In this document: in pieces, positions 1 through 9,150 of the stretch
Numbering within the stretch: position 1 is the stretch's first letter
How the letters are laid out: each line of letters starts with the position of its first letter
IMG/VR virus record: IMGVR_UViG_3300025162_000016
Span: 1-64,000 of that record
DNA length: 64,000 bases
Direction: 5' to 3' (one strand)
Notes under the pieces: generated by a model
The model's database searches: none
What the model was told of the DNA's origin: nothing
The model's input: only the letters and a program-made list of their open reading frames with translations
Translations under genes and position numbers: made by a program

Positions 1-166
1 ATTCTTCACCGGAAAAATATATTAAAACAAGCGATTTATTGACAGAATTTCACTTCGGTTGCAGTTTTAATGTTGACGCAGTGGACACCACCTACTCGTC
101 AACCCACAACTGTTTATTTTATTAGAACTGAAGTTACTATAGCAGAATTTCTATAAATGTCAACAT
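1..166 (-). repeat. Inverted repeat copy 1 (may extend beyond window start); carries a leftward promoter and hairpin ncRNA candidate
   Basis: Reverse complement of 6806..6971 apart from about 3 substitutions (GATTTATT vs GATTTTTT; ACTGAAGTT vs ACTGGAATT). Confidence 0.95.
136..163 (-). promoter_or_regulatory. sigma70-type promoter pointing out of the window
   Basis: Minus strand TTGACA-N16-TATAGT with TG extended -10. Confidence 0.7.
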
Positions 167-206
167 TTTTCAATAAAATGTTTGCTCTTTTCTGATACTT
201 ATAAAC

Positions 207-707
207 ATGAAAACAAAATTTATATTTCTTATAATAAGTTTCTTACTGTTGGTAGGATGTAACACCGTTCCTAGTTTTACTTCTAATAATATTCTTAATT
301 TAAGAGTGGTAGATGCTTCTCAAAACATACTGAGAGGTGGTCAACCAGATGCGAAGGGATTTATATATTTGAAATCACTTGGTATAACTAATATTATTAA
401 ACTTAATTTAGAAGATAATGAGGATGCGGAGGCAACTGCATTAGGAATGACGGTGGTTTATATTCCTATTAACACATATGATCAGGTAATTCATTTGGAA
501 AAGTGGAAGTTCGAGGTTGCGGTAATTGCTATAACTCCGAACACTTTCATTCATTGTGCGCATGGACAAGATCGAACTGGGTTGGTTGTAGCGGGATATA
601 GGATGGCGAATGGAATGTCTAAAGCAGATGCAGAAAAAGAAATGCTGGCGAATGGATTTCACAAAGAATTGATTGGGTTATGGGGATTTTTTAAAAAAAT
701 AAATTAA
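207..707 (+). CDS. Lipoprotein, dual-specificity/tyrosine phosphatase family
   Basis: Lipobox LLVGC; catalytic loop IHCAHGQDRTG (HCxxGxDRTG). Confidence 0.8.
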   Translation: MKTKFIFLIISFLLLVGCNTVPSFTSNNILNLRVVDASQNILRGGQPDAKGFIYLKSLGITNIIKLNLEDNEDAEATALGMTVVYIPINTYDQVIHLEKWKFEVAVIAITPNTFIHCAHGQDRTGLVVAGYRMANGMSKADAEKEMLANGFHKELIGLWGFFKKIN

Positions 708-740
708 TGATTTATCTTTTTCTGTTGATATTTAAGATAT

Positions 741-2459
741 ATGACAGAAAAACAATCACTCCCATCAAGCGTTTATAATTGGAAGAGACAAAAGCCAGAT
801 TCTCGTGATTATAAATTTGCAGAAATACCTTCGGTGAAACGATTAAAAGTAACAACTCCACCACCGGTTGTTAATTTACGAAAATGGTGTTCTGAAGTAG
901 AAAATCAAAAATCTTTAGGTAGTTGTTTTACCGGCGATACTTTAATTCCTCTTTTGAATGGAAAGATAGCTACACTGAAAGAACTTACAGATGGGATGTA
1001 TGGGAAAACTTTTTGGGTATATGGAAATAAAAATGGAAGAATGGTTCCTGCGTTAGCATCCGCATCTCTTACACAGTATATCGCACCCATTTATAATGTC
1101 ACATTAGATAATGGGAGAACAATAAAATGTACTGCTGATCATCAGTTTTTGATGCGAGATGGTAATTACAAAAAAGCAATGGAATTAGTATCTGGGGATA
1201 GTTTAATGTCATTTAGAAGAAAATATAATAAATTGGGATATGAGTATGTTTTTTGCCACAGTGACCACAAATATCATCTTACACATTGGTTAGTCGGAAG
1301 TTATATACATGATTATTCTGTTAATAAAAATGGAGTAGAAGTGATACATCATAAGGATTTTATTAAAAATAATAATACTCCGGAAAATTTGGTAGGAATG
1401 ACAATACAAGAACATTCAATATATCAAAATAAAACGGCGGAATGTAAATTAAAACGTTTTATCGCAGCGAAAAATAGATGGAAAGATATAACGCCGGAAG
1501 CTATGAGTCGTGTTGTAGATTCCGCAGAAATACGTTTGGGGGCAGTGGGAACACGAAGTCAGATAGCAAAAACAGCAAACGAGGTATTTCTTAAATGTGG
1601 AAATATTTCTAAAGAACAATGGGAAACGACGGACGTAACAAAACGATTTAAGTTTGAAACGGCGATGAAATATTTTGGAAACCAAGACGAGTTATTGATT
1701 GCTGCACAAAATTATAATCATAAAGTCGTATCGGTCATTAATAGTAATACATCCGAAGATGTTTATTGTCTCACGGTACCAGATACTCAAAATTTTGCAC
1801 TTAATGATGGAGTTTATGTTCATAATTGTACCGGCCAGGCGTGGGTGGGTTTAATGGAGTGGCATGAGAATTTCATGGGAAGAGGAGGAAAGGCATTTCA
1901 AAATCTTAGTCGGTTGTTTGTTTATTATAATGAACGGGAACTTGAAGGAACCATCAATGAGGATGCCGGTGCCGAATTAAGAAGTGGAGCAAAAGCATTG
2001 GCTACGTGGGGGGTTTGTTATGAAAAAAGTTGGCCTTATAACATTGATACTTTCACACAAAAACCAAGTCCAATATGTTATCAGGATGGAGCTATTCATA
2101 AAATTAATAGTTATTATTCTATCAGTACATTTAATCATCTTAAAATGTGTTTGGCAAACAATTTGCCGGTGGTATTTGGATTTATGGTATATTCGAGTTT
2201 TGATTCCGATGTGGTTGCTAAAACCGGTATAGCTTCTATGCCAGATATTAAAAACGAGGAATTGCTGGGGGGACACGCCGCAATGATTGTGGGATATAAT
2301 AATTATGAGAAGCGATTTTTAGTAAGAAATTCGTGGGGGAAAAATTGGGGACTTAAAGGAATTAATGCCGGTTATTTTACGCTTCCCTACGATTATGTGG
2401 CTAATCCCAATCTTGCCAGTGATTTTTGGACGGTGGTTCGTATTGTCGAAGACGCATGA
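741..2459 (+). CDS. Papain-family (C1A) cysteine peptidase interrupted by an intein
   Basis: QKSLGS|CTGQAW after intein removal; GGHA (His) and VRNSWG (Asn) motifs. Confidence 0.9.
   Translation: MTEKQSLPSSVYNWKRQKPDSRDYKFAEIPSVKRLKVTTPPPVVNLRKWCSEVENQKSLGSCFTGDTLIPLLNGKIATLKELTDGMYGKTFWVYGNKNGRMVPALASASLTQYIAPIYNVTLDNGRTIKCTADHQFLMRDGNYKKAMELVSGDSLMSFRRKYNKLGYEYVFCHSDHKYHLTHWLVGSYIHDYSVNKNGVEVIHHKDFIKNNNTPENLVGMTIQEHSIYQNKTAECKLKRFIAAKNRWKDITPEAMSRVVDSAEIRLGAVGTRSQIAKTANEVFLKCGNISKEQWETTDVTKRFKFETAMKYFGNQDELLIAAQNYNHKVVSVINSNTSEDVYCLTVPDTQNFALNDGVYVHNCTGQAWVGLMEWHENFMGRGGKAFQNLSRLFVYYNERELEGTINEDAGAELRSGAKALATWGVCYEKSWPYNIDTFTQKPSPICYQDGAIHKINSYYSISTFNHLKMCLANNLPVVFGFMVYSSFDSDVVAKTGIASMPDIKNEELLGGHAAMIVGYNNYEKRFLVRNSWGKNWGLKGINAGYFTLPYDYVANPNLASDFWTVVRIVEDA
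924..1826 (+). mobile_element. Cis intein (301 aa) with HNH endonuclease
   Basis: Starts CFTGDT; block B CTADHQF; HNH motif VIHHKDFIKNNNTPENL; ends VYVHN followed by C. Confidence 0.9.
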
Positions 2460-2995
2460 AAATAGCGTTTTATAAAGGAACTAGTTGGTTTAGTAAAGCA
2501 ATCATGCGAATTTCCCGTGGGGGTTATTCTCATGCGGCGGTTCAATTAAACGACGGAACCATTGTTGAAGCGGGTGTAAAAAATGGGGTATGTCTGAGAA
2601 AAAGTTTATTGGACGACGTGGATATTAATACTACGGTCGATGTATTTGATGTTCAAACTACGCCGGAAGAAGATGAAATTATTTGTGATTTCTTGATTCG
2701 ACAAATGGGGAAGGGGTATGATTTCTGGAATATAATTGGGTTTGTATTATATTCATCTAAAGAAGGAAGAAAAGGATATGATCGGTGGTTTTGTAGTGAA
2801 TTGGTAGTGGCGGCTTTTCGACAAGCCGGAATCAATCTACTCACACGAGTTGACGCATGGAAAATATCACCCACGATTTTATCTTATAGTCCTCTCCTAA
2901 AAAGCGGACAGAGAATGCAGATTACAAAAAGTAAACGATTCGGTGGCATAAAACACTCAAATTCAATACATACGACAACTGAAAACTTAGGATAA
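2456..2995 (+). CDS. Permuted papain-like amidase (YiiX/YebB-type NlpC/P60)
   Basis: YSHAAV His precedes GYDFW and WFCSELV Cys; ATGA overlap with the upstream gene. Confidence 0.75.
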   Translation: MKIAFYKGTSWFSKAIMRISRGGYSHAAVQLNDGTIVEAGVKNGVCLRKSLLDDVDINTTVDVFDVQTTPEEDEIICDFLIRQMGKGYDFWNIIGFVLYSSKEGRKGYDRWFCSELVVAAFRQAGINLLTRVDAWKISPTILSYSPLLKSGQRMQITKSKRFGGIKHSNSIHTTTENLG

Positions 2996-3078
2996 TAGTT
3001 TATTTGCGGGCACAAGGACATCATTTTAATGGTTTTTGAATAATTTGAACTATTTATAGGATGAACTATAGATAAAAT

Positions 3079-4470
3079 ATGCATATCATTACACCGTATA
3101 ATCCGTGGGCTCCTAAAAAGAAAAAAACTTGGCAGGAAGAGTTGTGGGAACAGCAAACCATTGCGGAGGCTGAAGCAAGAATGTTAGCAGAAGCTAGTAG
3201 CAGGACATTACCCAATAATTCTCCTAATACTTCAATGGCAACGGTTGGACCAATGGCAAATACTATGGCAGGCGGTGGCGGTAAACCCGTTTATGCATTT
3301 TTTAGCGCCGGTTCAGACGTGGTAAATTTCGATCGGAGTCCTGCTAGTGGAGATGGCCCAGTCACGGTCAATTTTATAAATTTAACTACAACTCCTCAGT
3401 TCGATTCATATAAATGGAGATTTAGTGATAATACTACTAGTACGGATGTAAATCCGGTTCATATATTTCAAAGCGGAAGTACTAATTCAACCATTTATAT
3501 CGCATCGTTGGAAGTAAGTAATTCTGTAACCGGTGCGCCGGGTGGAAGAAGTCCAGATGTTTTTATTGTGGTAGGAGTTCCTAGTGTAACTGCCAGTTAT
3601 ACGTATACAACTACATCCAAGGTAGCGCCTTTCTCGGCGTCGTTTACTAATACTTCGATTAATACAAGTCAAACAAAAACGACTTCGTATGTTTGGATAA
3701 TCAAAAACGACAATAATACATACACGTCTACGGCGACCGATTTTGAGGTTAGAATTGATAGTGGAAGTGTTACCGCATCGCTCGGAATGACTGGATCGTA
3801 TGGATTAACTAGTTTGACTAATTCAATGTTTAAGGCGGCAGCACCCACATTATTAGTATCCTACACCGTGGTCACTTCGTCTAAATATGCTCCCGCTAAT
3901 GTAACGTTATCAAGTTCATATAGCTATACCGGAATCGGAACTCTTAGTGGACTCTGGCGTGAAGGAGAGTATCAGGAAAATGGCACGGAATATGTGGTTG
4001 GATATCCCGGTGCAAAAGTTATTGGGCCGGAAGTTTTCAATACGAAATCGATTTCGGGCGGTGATGGAAAATTCACCTCATCATTAGCAATTACTGAGTC
4101 TATATACGGAATTACCGCTTTCTATACTCAGAGTTTCCAGCTTAAATTGCCAACGTTGGAACTGTCATTCGTCACTCGTTCATTTGGTAACGGTGGAATA
4201 GAGAATTCTTATATGGAGCCGGTTTCAATGTCGTACACTTCGAGTATCGTTACGGAAGGTATGTATGGGGCGAATTACACATTCCTTTGGGATTTCGGTG
4301 CGGCAAGTTTCACAAACTCTCAAGGAGTTTATGCTGGGACTGCAACAACTCAAGGACCGCATTTCCGATCTGATTATGCTCCCGGTTCATACACGGCATC
4401 ACTGGAAGTTACATCGAGCATTTATGGATTGTCGGTGAGATCAACTCAAAGTTTCGTTGTCGGATCTTAA
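3079..4470 (+). CDS. PKD/Ig-like domain Ser/Thr-rich protein
   Basis: WRFSDNTTSTDVNPVHIF and FLWDFG PKD-like motifs. Confidence 0.6.
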   Translation: MHIITPYNPWAPKKKKTWQEELWEQQTIAEAEARMLAEASSRTLPNNSPNTSMATVGPMANTMAGGGGKPVYAFFSAGSDVVNFDRSPASGDGPVTVNFINLTTTPQFDSYKWRFSDNTTSTDVNPVHIFQSGSTNSTIYIASLEVSNSVTGAPGGRSPDVFIVVGVPSVTASYTYTTTSKVAPFSASFTNTSINTSQTKTTSYVWIIKNDNNTYTSTATDFEVRIDSGSVTASLGMTGSYGLTSLTNSMFKAAAPTLLVSYTVVTSSKYAPANVTLSSSYSYTGIGTLSGLWREGEYQENGTEYVVGYPGAKVIGPEVFNTKSISGGDGKFTSSLAITESIYGITAFYTQSFQLKLPTLELSFVTRSFGNGGIENSYMEPVSMSYTSSIVTEGMYGANYTFLWDFGAASFTNSQGVYAGTATTQGPHFRSDYAPGSYTASLEVTSSIYGLSVRSTQSFVVGS

Positions 4471-4499
4471 TTTAAACACTCATTATAAAATCAAAGACA

Positions 4500-4531
4500 A
4501 GGCGTTAGTAAAATAACGCCTTTTCTTTTTT
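4500..4531 (+). terminator. Rho-independent terminator
   Basis: AGGCGTTA/TAACGCCT stem followed by a T tract. Confidence 0.7.
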
Positions 4532-4552
4532 GTAACATAATCGTAACATAGA
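4531..4552 (+). promoter_or_regulatory. Pho-box-like direct repeat
   Basis: GTAACAT at 4532 and 4543 (11-bp period) upstream of the porin-pstS pair. Confidence 0.55.
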
Positions 4553-4601
4553 TTCATCAATTTCGTTTGCGGTTCTTCATAGTTATTTGCAAATTAAAAT
4601 T

Positions 4602-5288
4602 ATGATGAAAAATCTAAAAGTATATGTTTATGTCGCCGCCCTGATCATGGTCGGTGTTTTTAATGTTAATGCTCAAACTAATGTTGTATCAACGGGTTCC
4701 ACAAATAAACCTGTACATAAAACATTTAAAACCTTTGATTTGAGTAATTTCGTCTTTACAGTTGAAAACGAGTTCCGTGCTAAAGACACGGGCACCTCCT
4801 TCTTCTATGAACATAATGATATTCAAGCTAAATATCTTTTGATAGACAAATATTTTGATATCTTCACTGATTATCGACTTATTTTTAAAAACAGTGCCGA
4901 AGGTAATAATTGGAAAAATCAAAGTATGTTTCTTGAAGGCTTTAATATAAAATATCCCGAACAAACGTGGGGTAAAATTAACCTCCGTCAACGACTTGAA
5001 ATTGGACTGAACCATGCTCCTACAAAAGACACTTATCAGTGGAATGTGTTTCCCAAATATAATACCCCATGGAAACTTACTAAATATGAAATCAATCCAT
5101 TCGTAGCCGATGAATCCTTCTTTGACACCCAGCAATCTATGGGCTTTGTAAAAAATCGAGTCTATGCTGGTATAGATTATAAGTTTACTCCCAAAATCAA
5201 AGGTGGTACTTGGTACTACTATGAAACCGCTGCTCATTCATCATCAACCGCAAATGTCCTCGTTACCCAGATTAAATTCGAATTTTAA
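4602..5288 (+). CDS. Outer-membrane beta-barrel protein, DUF2490-like
   Basis: Signal peptide; RQRLE and NRVYAG motifs; C-terminal Phe (QIKFEF). Confidence 0.6.
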   Translation: MMKNLKVYVYVAALIMVGVFNVNAQTNVVSTGSTNKPVHKTFKTFDLSNFVFTVENEFRAKDTGTSFFYEHNDIQAKYLLIDKYFDIFTDYRLIFKNSAEGNNWKNQSMFLEGFNIKYPEQTWGKINLRQRLEIGLNHAPTKDTYQWNVFPKYNTPWKLTKYEINPFVADESFFDTQQSMGFVKNRVYAGIDYKFTPKIKGGTWYYYETAAHSSSTANVLVTQIKFEF

Positions 5289-5294
5289 ATTAAT

Positions 5295-6170
5295 ATGAAA
5301 TATCTTTTTATAAGTGCTATTCTCAGTCTGTTAATGGTAGGTTGTAATAAATCTAATAACATCGTGACAACCCCAACCACTACCATCCAAGTAAAAGGCT
5401 CAGATACAATGGTTAATCTGGCTCAAGCATGGGCAGAAGAATATGTAAAAACAAATCCTGCCATCAATGTGGAGGTTTGTGGCGGCGGGTCTGGTGTTGG
5501 TATTGCTGCCCTCGAAAAGGGAATCATTGATATAGCGAATAGTAGCCGTAATATGAAACCCGACGAAATTGATGCTACTAAAAAAATAACAGGTAAGTTA
5601 CCAGTGGAGTTCGTAGTCGGTTATGACGCTCTTGGTGTATATGTTCATATTGATAATCCCATTAATGAAATTACCATCGAACAACTCGCCCAAATCTATG
5701 TGGCAAATGGTAAAATTAATAAATGGTCGGATATTGGTATCAAAATTCCCAATGGAGAAGATAACATTGTCCTCGTCAATAGACAATCTAGTTCGGGAAC
5801 ATATGAGTTCTTCAGAGAACATGTTCTAAACAAAAAAGACTTCCGCCTCGGTTCGAGGGATATGAATGGTTCAAAAGAAGTGGTTGAATTAGTTTCATTT
5901 ACAAAAGCCGCTATCGGCTATAGTGGTATGGGGTATAATATACCGGGAAAAGTAAAAATGTTGAAAATAGCTAAAGCTGCCGGTATCCCATCCGTCGAAC
6001 CTACAATGATAAATGCATTAAATAAATCATACCCTCTATCTCGTTCACTATTATGTTATACTCTAGGAGAACCCGCTGGTGAACTGAAAAAATATCTTGA
6101 TTGGTGCGTATCTCCTCCCGGTCAAAAAATAGTAGAACAAACGGGATATGTTCCACTCCCAATTAAATGA
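5295..6170 (+). CDS. pstS: Phosphate ABC transporter substrate-binding lipoprotein
   Basis: KGSDTM, GGGSGVG, DIANSSR, RQSSSGTYEFF, YPLSR motifs; lipobox MVGC. Confidence 0.95.
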   Translation: MKYLFISAILSLLMVGCNKSNNIVTTPTTTIQVKGSDTMVNLAQAWAEEYVKTNPAINVEVCGGGSGVGIAALEKGIIDIANSSRNMKPDEIDATKKITGKLPVEFVVGYDALGVYVHIDNPINEITIEQLAQIYVANGKINKWSDIGIKIPNGEDNIVLVNRQSSSGTYEFFREHVLNKKDFRLGSRDMNGSKEVVELVSFTKAAIGYSGMGYNIPGKVKMLKIAKAAGIPSVEPTMINALNKSYPLSRSLLCYTLGEPAGELKKYLDWCVSPPGQKIVEQTGYVPLPIK

Positions 6171-6204
6171 GCGGCAATTATCATTTTGTTTCTATTTATT
6201 TTGA

Positions 6205-6410
6205 AGGAAGCAGAAAACCCATCTGCTTCCAGCGGATGGGATGAATGCGACCCATTGAAAAATAGTTTGATGTTTCTCATTTCTCAAAAATATATATTCT
6301 TGTAGAAAGCAATCTTCGGATTAGCATTCTCAAGGGCTGGAAGAGTCCTATAGAAACTCTAATGTTAGAGACAAGTGGAAACCCACTTGCTTTAGCGGGT
6401 GGGTACTTCA
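6205..6410 (+). mobile_element. Non-autonomous IS200/IS605 mini-element (left-end and right-end hairpins, no ORF)
   Basis: Left-end hairpin CCCATCTGCT/AGCGGATGGG plus ATGAAT (6218-6246); right-end hairpin ACCCACTTGCT/AGCGGGTGGGT plus ACTTCA (6381-6410); same layout as the two tnpB element ends; left boundary approximate. Confidence 0.65.
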
Positions 6411-6415
6411 TAAAT

Positions 6416-6790
6416 ATGATTAAACTAAAAGATATTTTGTTTGAGCTTATTGATAAGAATGCGATATTATATTTAGGATGGGTTAAACGCAATAACCATG
6501 ATGTTATGGGAATGGACATTCAGTCTGGGGAGGATGAGACGCATCATAATTATATGCTCGGATTGCCTCCGGAATGGAGAAATGAATTTGATAGTAATTT
6601 ATTGAGATGGAGATATCGAAAAGATATTAATATTGTCTATTGGTGGGAGTTTGGTAATCCAACCGATGACGAGAAAGAGGCGGTAGAACACTGGATTGAA
6701 AAAAAATTAAATCAAAAAAATCCTTCTCATAAAATTATTCCTACCGATAAAAATAATATGACTTTTTGGAAATCTCATGGAGAAGATTAA
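6416..6790 (+). CDS. Hypothetical protein with MIKLKDILFE N-terminal tag
   Basis: True start reassigned to ATG 6416; the upstream ORF extension lies within the mini-element. Confidence 0.7.
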   Translation: MIKLKDILFELIDKNAILYLGWVKRNNHDVMGMDIQSGEDETHHNYMLGLPPEWRNEFDSNLLRWRYRKDINIVYWWEFGNPTDDEKEAVEHWIEKKLNQKNPSHKIIPTDKNNMTFWKSHGED

Positions 6791-6808
6791 CAATGTCAAA
6801 TTTTGATG

Positions 6809-6836
6809 TTGACATTTATAGAAATTCTGCTATAGT
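6809..6836 (+). promoter_or_regulatory. sigma70-type promoter
   Basis: TTGACA(6809)-N16-TATAGT(6831) with TG extended -10. Confidence 0.7.
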
Positions 6837-6842
6837 AATTCC

Positions 6843-6971
6843 AGTTCTAATAAAATAAACAGTTGTGGGTTGACGAGTAGGTGGTGTCCACTGCGTCAAC
6901 ATTAAAACTGCAACCGAAGTGAAATTCTGTCAAAAAATCGCTTGTTTTAATATATTTTTCCGGTGAAGAAT
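6843..6971 (+). ncRNA. Candidate small structured RNA within the inverted repeat
   Basis: Follows the promoter; stem CAGTT..GTTGACG-AGT-GG[TGGTGT]CC-ACT-CGTCAAC..AACTG; no ORF; present in two copies. Confidence 0.4.
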
Positions 6972-7143
6972 ATTAATAAACATAGGTTAATTGACTAACA
7001 AAAAGATGAGAATAGAAATATTCCAGCACGGAGTTTATAGTCCCGAGTGTTTTAAAAACCTAAATTTAGCGAGAATAAATTTCAATAGAACAGGTAACTA
7101 TCTGTGGGTCAATATAGTGTTGACCATAAACAAAAAAAAATAT

Positions 7144-7422
7144 ATGAAAATTCAATCAATCATTTTAGCAGTTTTATTATCTACTAGCACTTTTGCTTTC
7201 GCACAAGATACACCTCAACCTCGCCGACAGGGACCGCCTCCCACCGTTCAATGTGAGGGAATGAAAAACTTAATGAAAGCAATGCAAGATCATAGAAAAA
7301 CATGTGAAGTCTGCAAGACCAATCCTCCTCCGAGAGGAATGTTTGGTCCACGAATGGGCGGTAAACAGGGTCAGGGTCAAGGTAGAGGTCAGGGTAGAGG
7401 TCCGCAGGGTCCGCCTTCTTGA
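7144..7422 (+). CDS. Small secreted protein, Gly/Gln/Pro-rich tail, CxxC
   Basis: Signal peptide MKIQSIILAVLLSTSTFAFA; the start could lie upstream (7006). Confidence 0.55.
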   Translation: MKIQSIILAVLLSTSTFAFAQDTPQPRRQGPPPTVQCEGMKNLMKAMQDHRKTCEVCKTNPPPRGMFGPRMGGKQGQGQGRGQGRGPQGPPS

Positions 7423-7499
7423 AAATAAGTTTTAATAGATATTTCGGGATCTGCTCAATTGACATGGGAGTATATTTGAATATTTTAACCTTCCTCCGA

Positions 7500-8709
7500 A
7501 AGAAATCCCTTTCCTTTAGGTGAGGGATGAATTTCGGAATATAATTAATAATTTTTTGATGTTTCGTATTTCTCAATCATATGTATAAGTAGAAAATGAA
7601 ATTTACTTATAAATATAGAATGTTTCCGACAAAAACCCAACAATCCATTCTAAATGGACAGTTGGAAACTTGTAGATTTCTTTATAATCATTTACTTGAA
7701 ATTAGGAAAAATGCATGGGAAAAAGAAAAAAAATCAATGTCCTGTTATGATACCCAAAATCTAATTCCTAAATTAAAAGAAGAATTTCCTCAACTCAAAT
7801 CTGTTTATTCACAAGTTCTCCAAAACGTAAATGTAAGAATTGATTTAGCATATCAAGGATTTTTTAGAAGATTGAAAAGTAATGAAAAATCTGGATATCC
7901 ACGCTTTAAAGGAAAAGGTAGATATAAATCCATTTGTTATTCACAATATGGAAATGGTTGTAAATTAGAAAAAAATAAATTATCTATTTCTAAAGTAGGA
8001 GATGTTTTCATTAAATTGCATAGACCAATTGAAGGTACACCGAAAACAGTTACTATAATAAAACAACCGACAGGTAAATGGTTCGTTTGTATTTCTTGTC
8101 AAGATGTTTCCAAAAAAATAAAGAATTTTCCCAAAACAAATAAAGAGTGTGGAATTGATGTTGGAATAACTTCGTTTGCTACTTTTGATAATGGTAATAA
8201 AATTGAAAATCCTCATTTTTTTGAAACCGAGGAAAAACAGTTATCAAAAGCACAAAATAAGGAAAAGTGGAAAGCGGTAAAAAGAATACATGAGAGGATT
8301 GGAAATAAGAGACATGAATTTCTTCATAAAATAACGAATGATATTCTTAAACAATATGATTTCATATCTATCGAAGATATTGATGTAAATTCTATTATAA
8401 GAAAAAGATGGAATAAGAAGCGGGTATATGATGTAGCGTGGAGTAATTTTGCAAACATACTTTCTCATAAAGCTGAAAATGCTGATAAGATTGTAGTAAA
8501 AATAAATCCGGCATATACTAGTCAGACATGTAGTGATTGCGGAACGAGAACAGTTATGGAAGAAAAGGATAGAATTTATAATTGTTCTTGTTGTGGGATG
8601 GTAAAAGATAGGGACGTGAATGCTGCAATAAACATTTTGAGATTGGGAACACAATCTCACGTTATTATATAACGAAGAAGCCCCTGCCTTTAGGCAGGGG
8701 AGTGTTCAC
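7500..8709 (+). mobile_element. IS200/IS605-family tnpB-only element
   Basis: Left-end hairpin ATCCCT..AGGGAT plus GAATT near 7505; right-end hairpin CCCCTGCCT/AGGCAGGGG (8681-8700) ending TTCAC at 8709. Confidence 0.8.
7596..8672 (+). CDS. tnpB: RNA-guided endonuclease TnpB (IS605 OrfB type)
   Basis: YKYRMFPT HTH; RuvC GIDVG, IEDI, DRDVNAA; CSDC/CSCC zinc finger. Confidence 0.92.
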   Translation: MKFTYKYRMFPTKTQQSILNGQLETCRFLYNHLLEIRKNAWEKEKKSMSCYDTQNLIPKLKEEFPQLKSVYSQVLQNVNVRIDLAYQGFFRRLKSNEKSGYPRFKGKGRYKSICYSQYGNGCKLEKNKLSISKVGDVFIKLHRPIEGTPKTVTIIKQPTGKWFVCISCQDVSKKIKNFPKTNKECGIDVGITSFATFDNGNKIENPHFFETEEKQLSKAQNKEKWKAVKRIHERIGNKRHEFLHKITNDILKQYDFISIEDIDVNSIIRKRWNKKRVYDVAWSNFANILSHKAENADKIVVKINPAYTSQTCSDCGTRTVMEEKDRIYNCSCCGMVKDRDVNAAINILRLGTQSHVII

Positions 8710-8724
8710 ATGCTATATATCATT

Positions 8725-9150
8725 ATGAAAAAGATATTCCATATACTTCTAGTCAGTTTAACCGTGTTTATATTAGCCGGTTGCACCACTGCTTTACAGT
8801 CAGATAAAATAATATCAATTAAAACTCGTTGTTTTGGGGTTATAATTGAAACCTCATCGATGTCTGCCAACAGTGTTCCAACAGTAAAGCTTGGATTCAT
8901 AAGTCAAGTAGTTCAATTAATTCCTACATCTACGAATGTTTTATATGCTCCAAATTATATGGACACTTTCGATCTAGGTCAGGGTATGAGTCCATTTAGC
9001 ACTACTATATCCGAAGATACCGGGACCGGTAATGTAATGTTAGATCCAGGTACCGCCACCATAATTACTACTAATAAAATGGGATTAGCTACCACTAATC
9101 ACGCTCCTTATAAATTAGGAGCAAGACTTCGCTCGCCTAAGCTGTTATAG
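8725..9150 (+). CDS. Lipoprotein of unknown function
   Basis: MKKIFHILLVSLTVFILAGC lipobox; stop codon lies inside the terminal CRISPR repeat. Confidence 0.65.
   Translation: MKKIFHILLVSLTVFILAGCTTALQSDKIISIKTRCFGVIIETSSMSANSVPTVKLGFISQVVQLIPTSTNVLYAPNYMDTFDLGQGMSPFSTTISEDTGTGNVMLDPGTATIITTNKMGLATTNHAPYKLGARLRSPKLL

Larger units (their letters stand above)
6806..6971 (+). repeat. Inverted repeat copy 2
   Basis: Reverse complement of 1..166. Confidence 0.95.

Noticed and set aside
6362-6415. N-terminal extension MLETSGNPLALAGGYFIN of the 6362 ORF
   Set aside because: It lies inside the IS right-end hairpin. The start at 6416 fits the MIKLK family.
7021-7029. TTCCAGCAC, a 9-nt anti-repeat downstream of the IR promoter, as a tracrRNA
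   Set aside because: Only 9 nt, and possibly within the coding extension of the 7144 ORF. Too short to support without transcript data.
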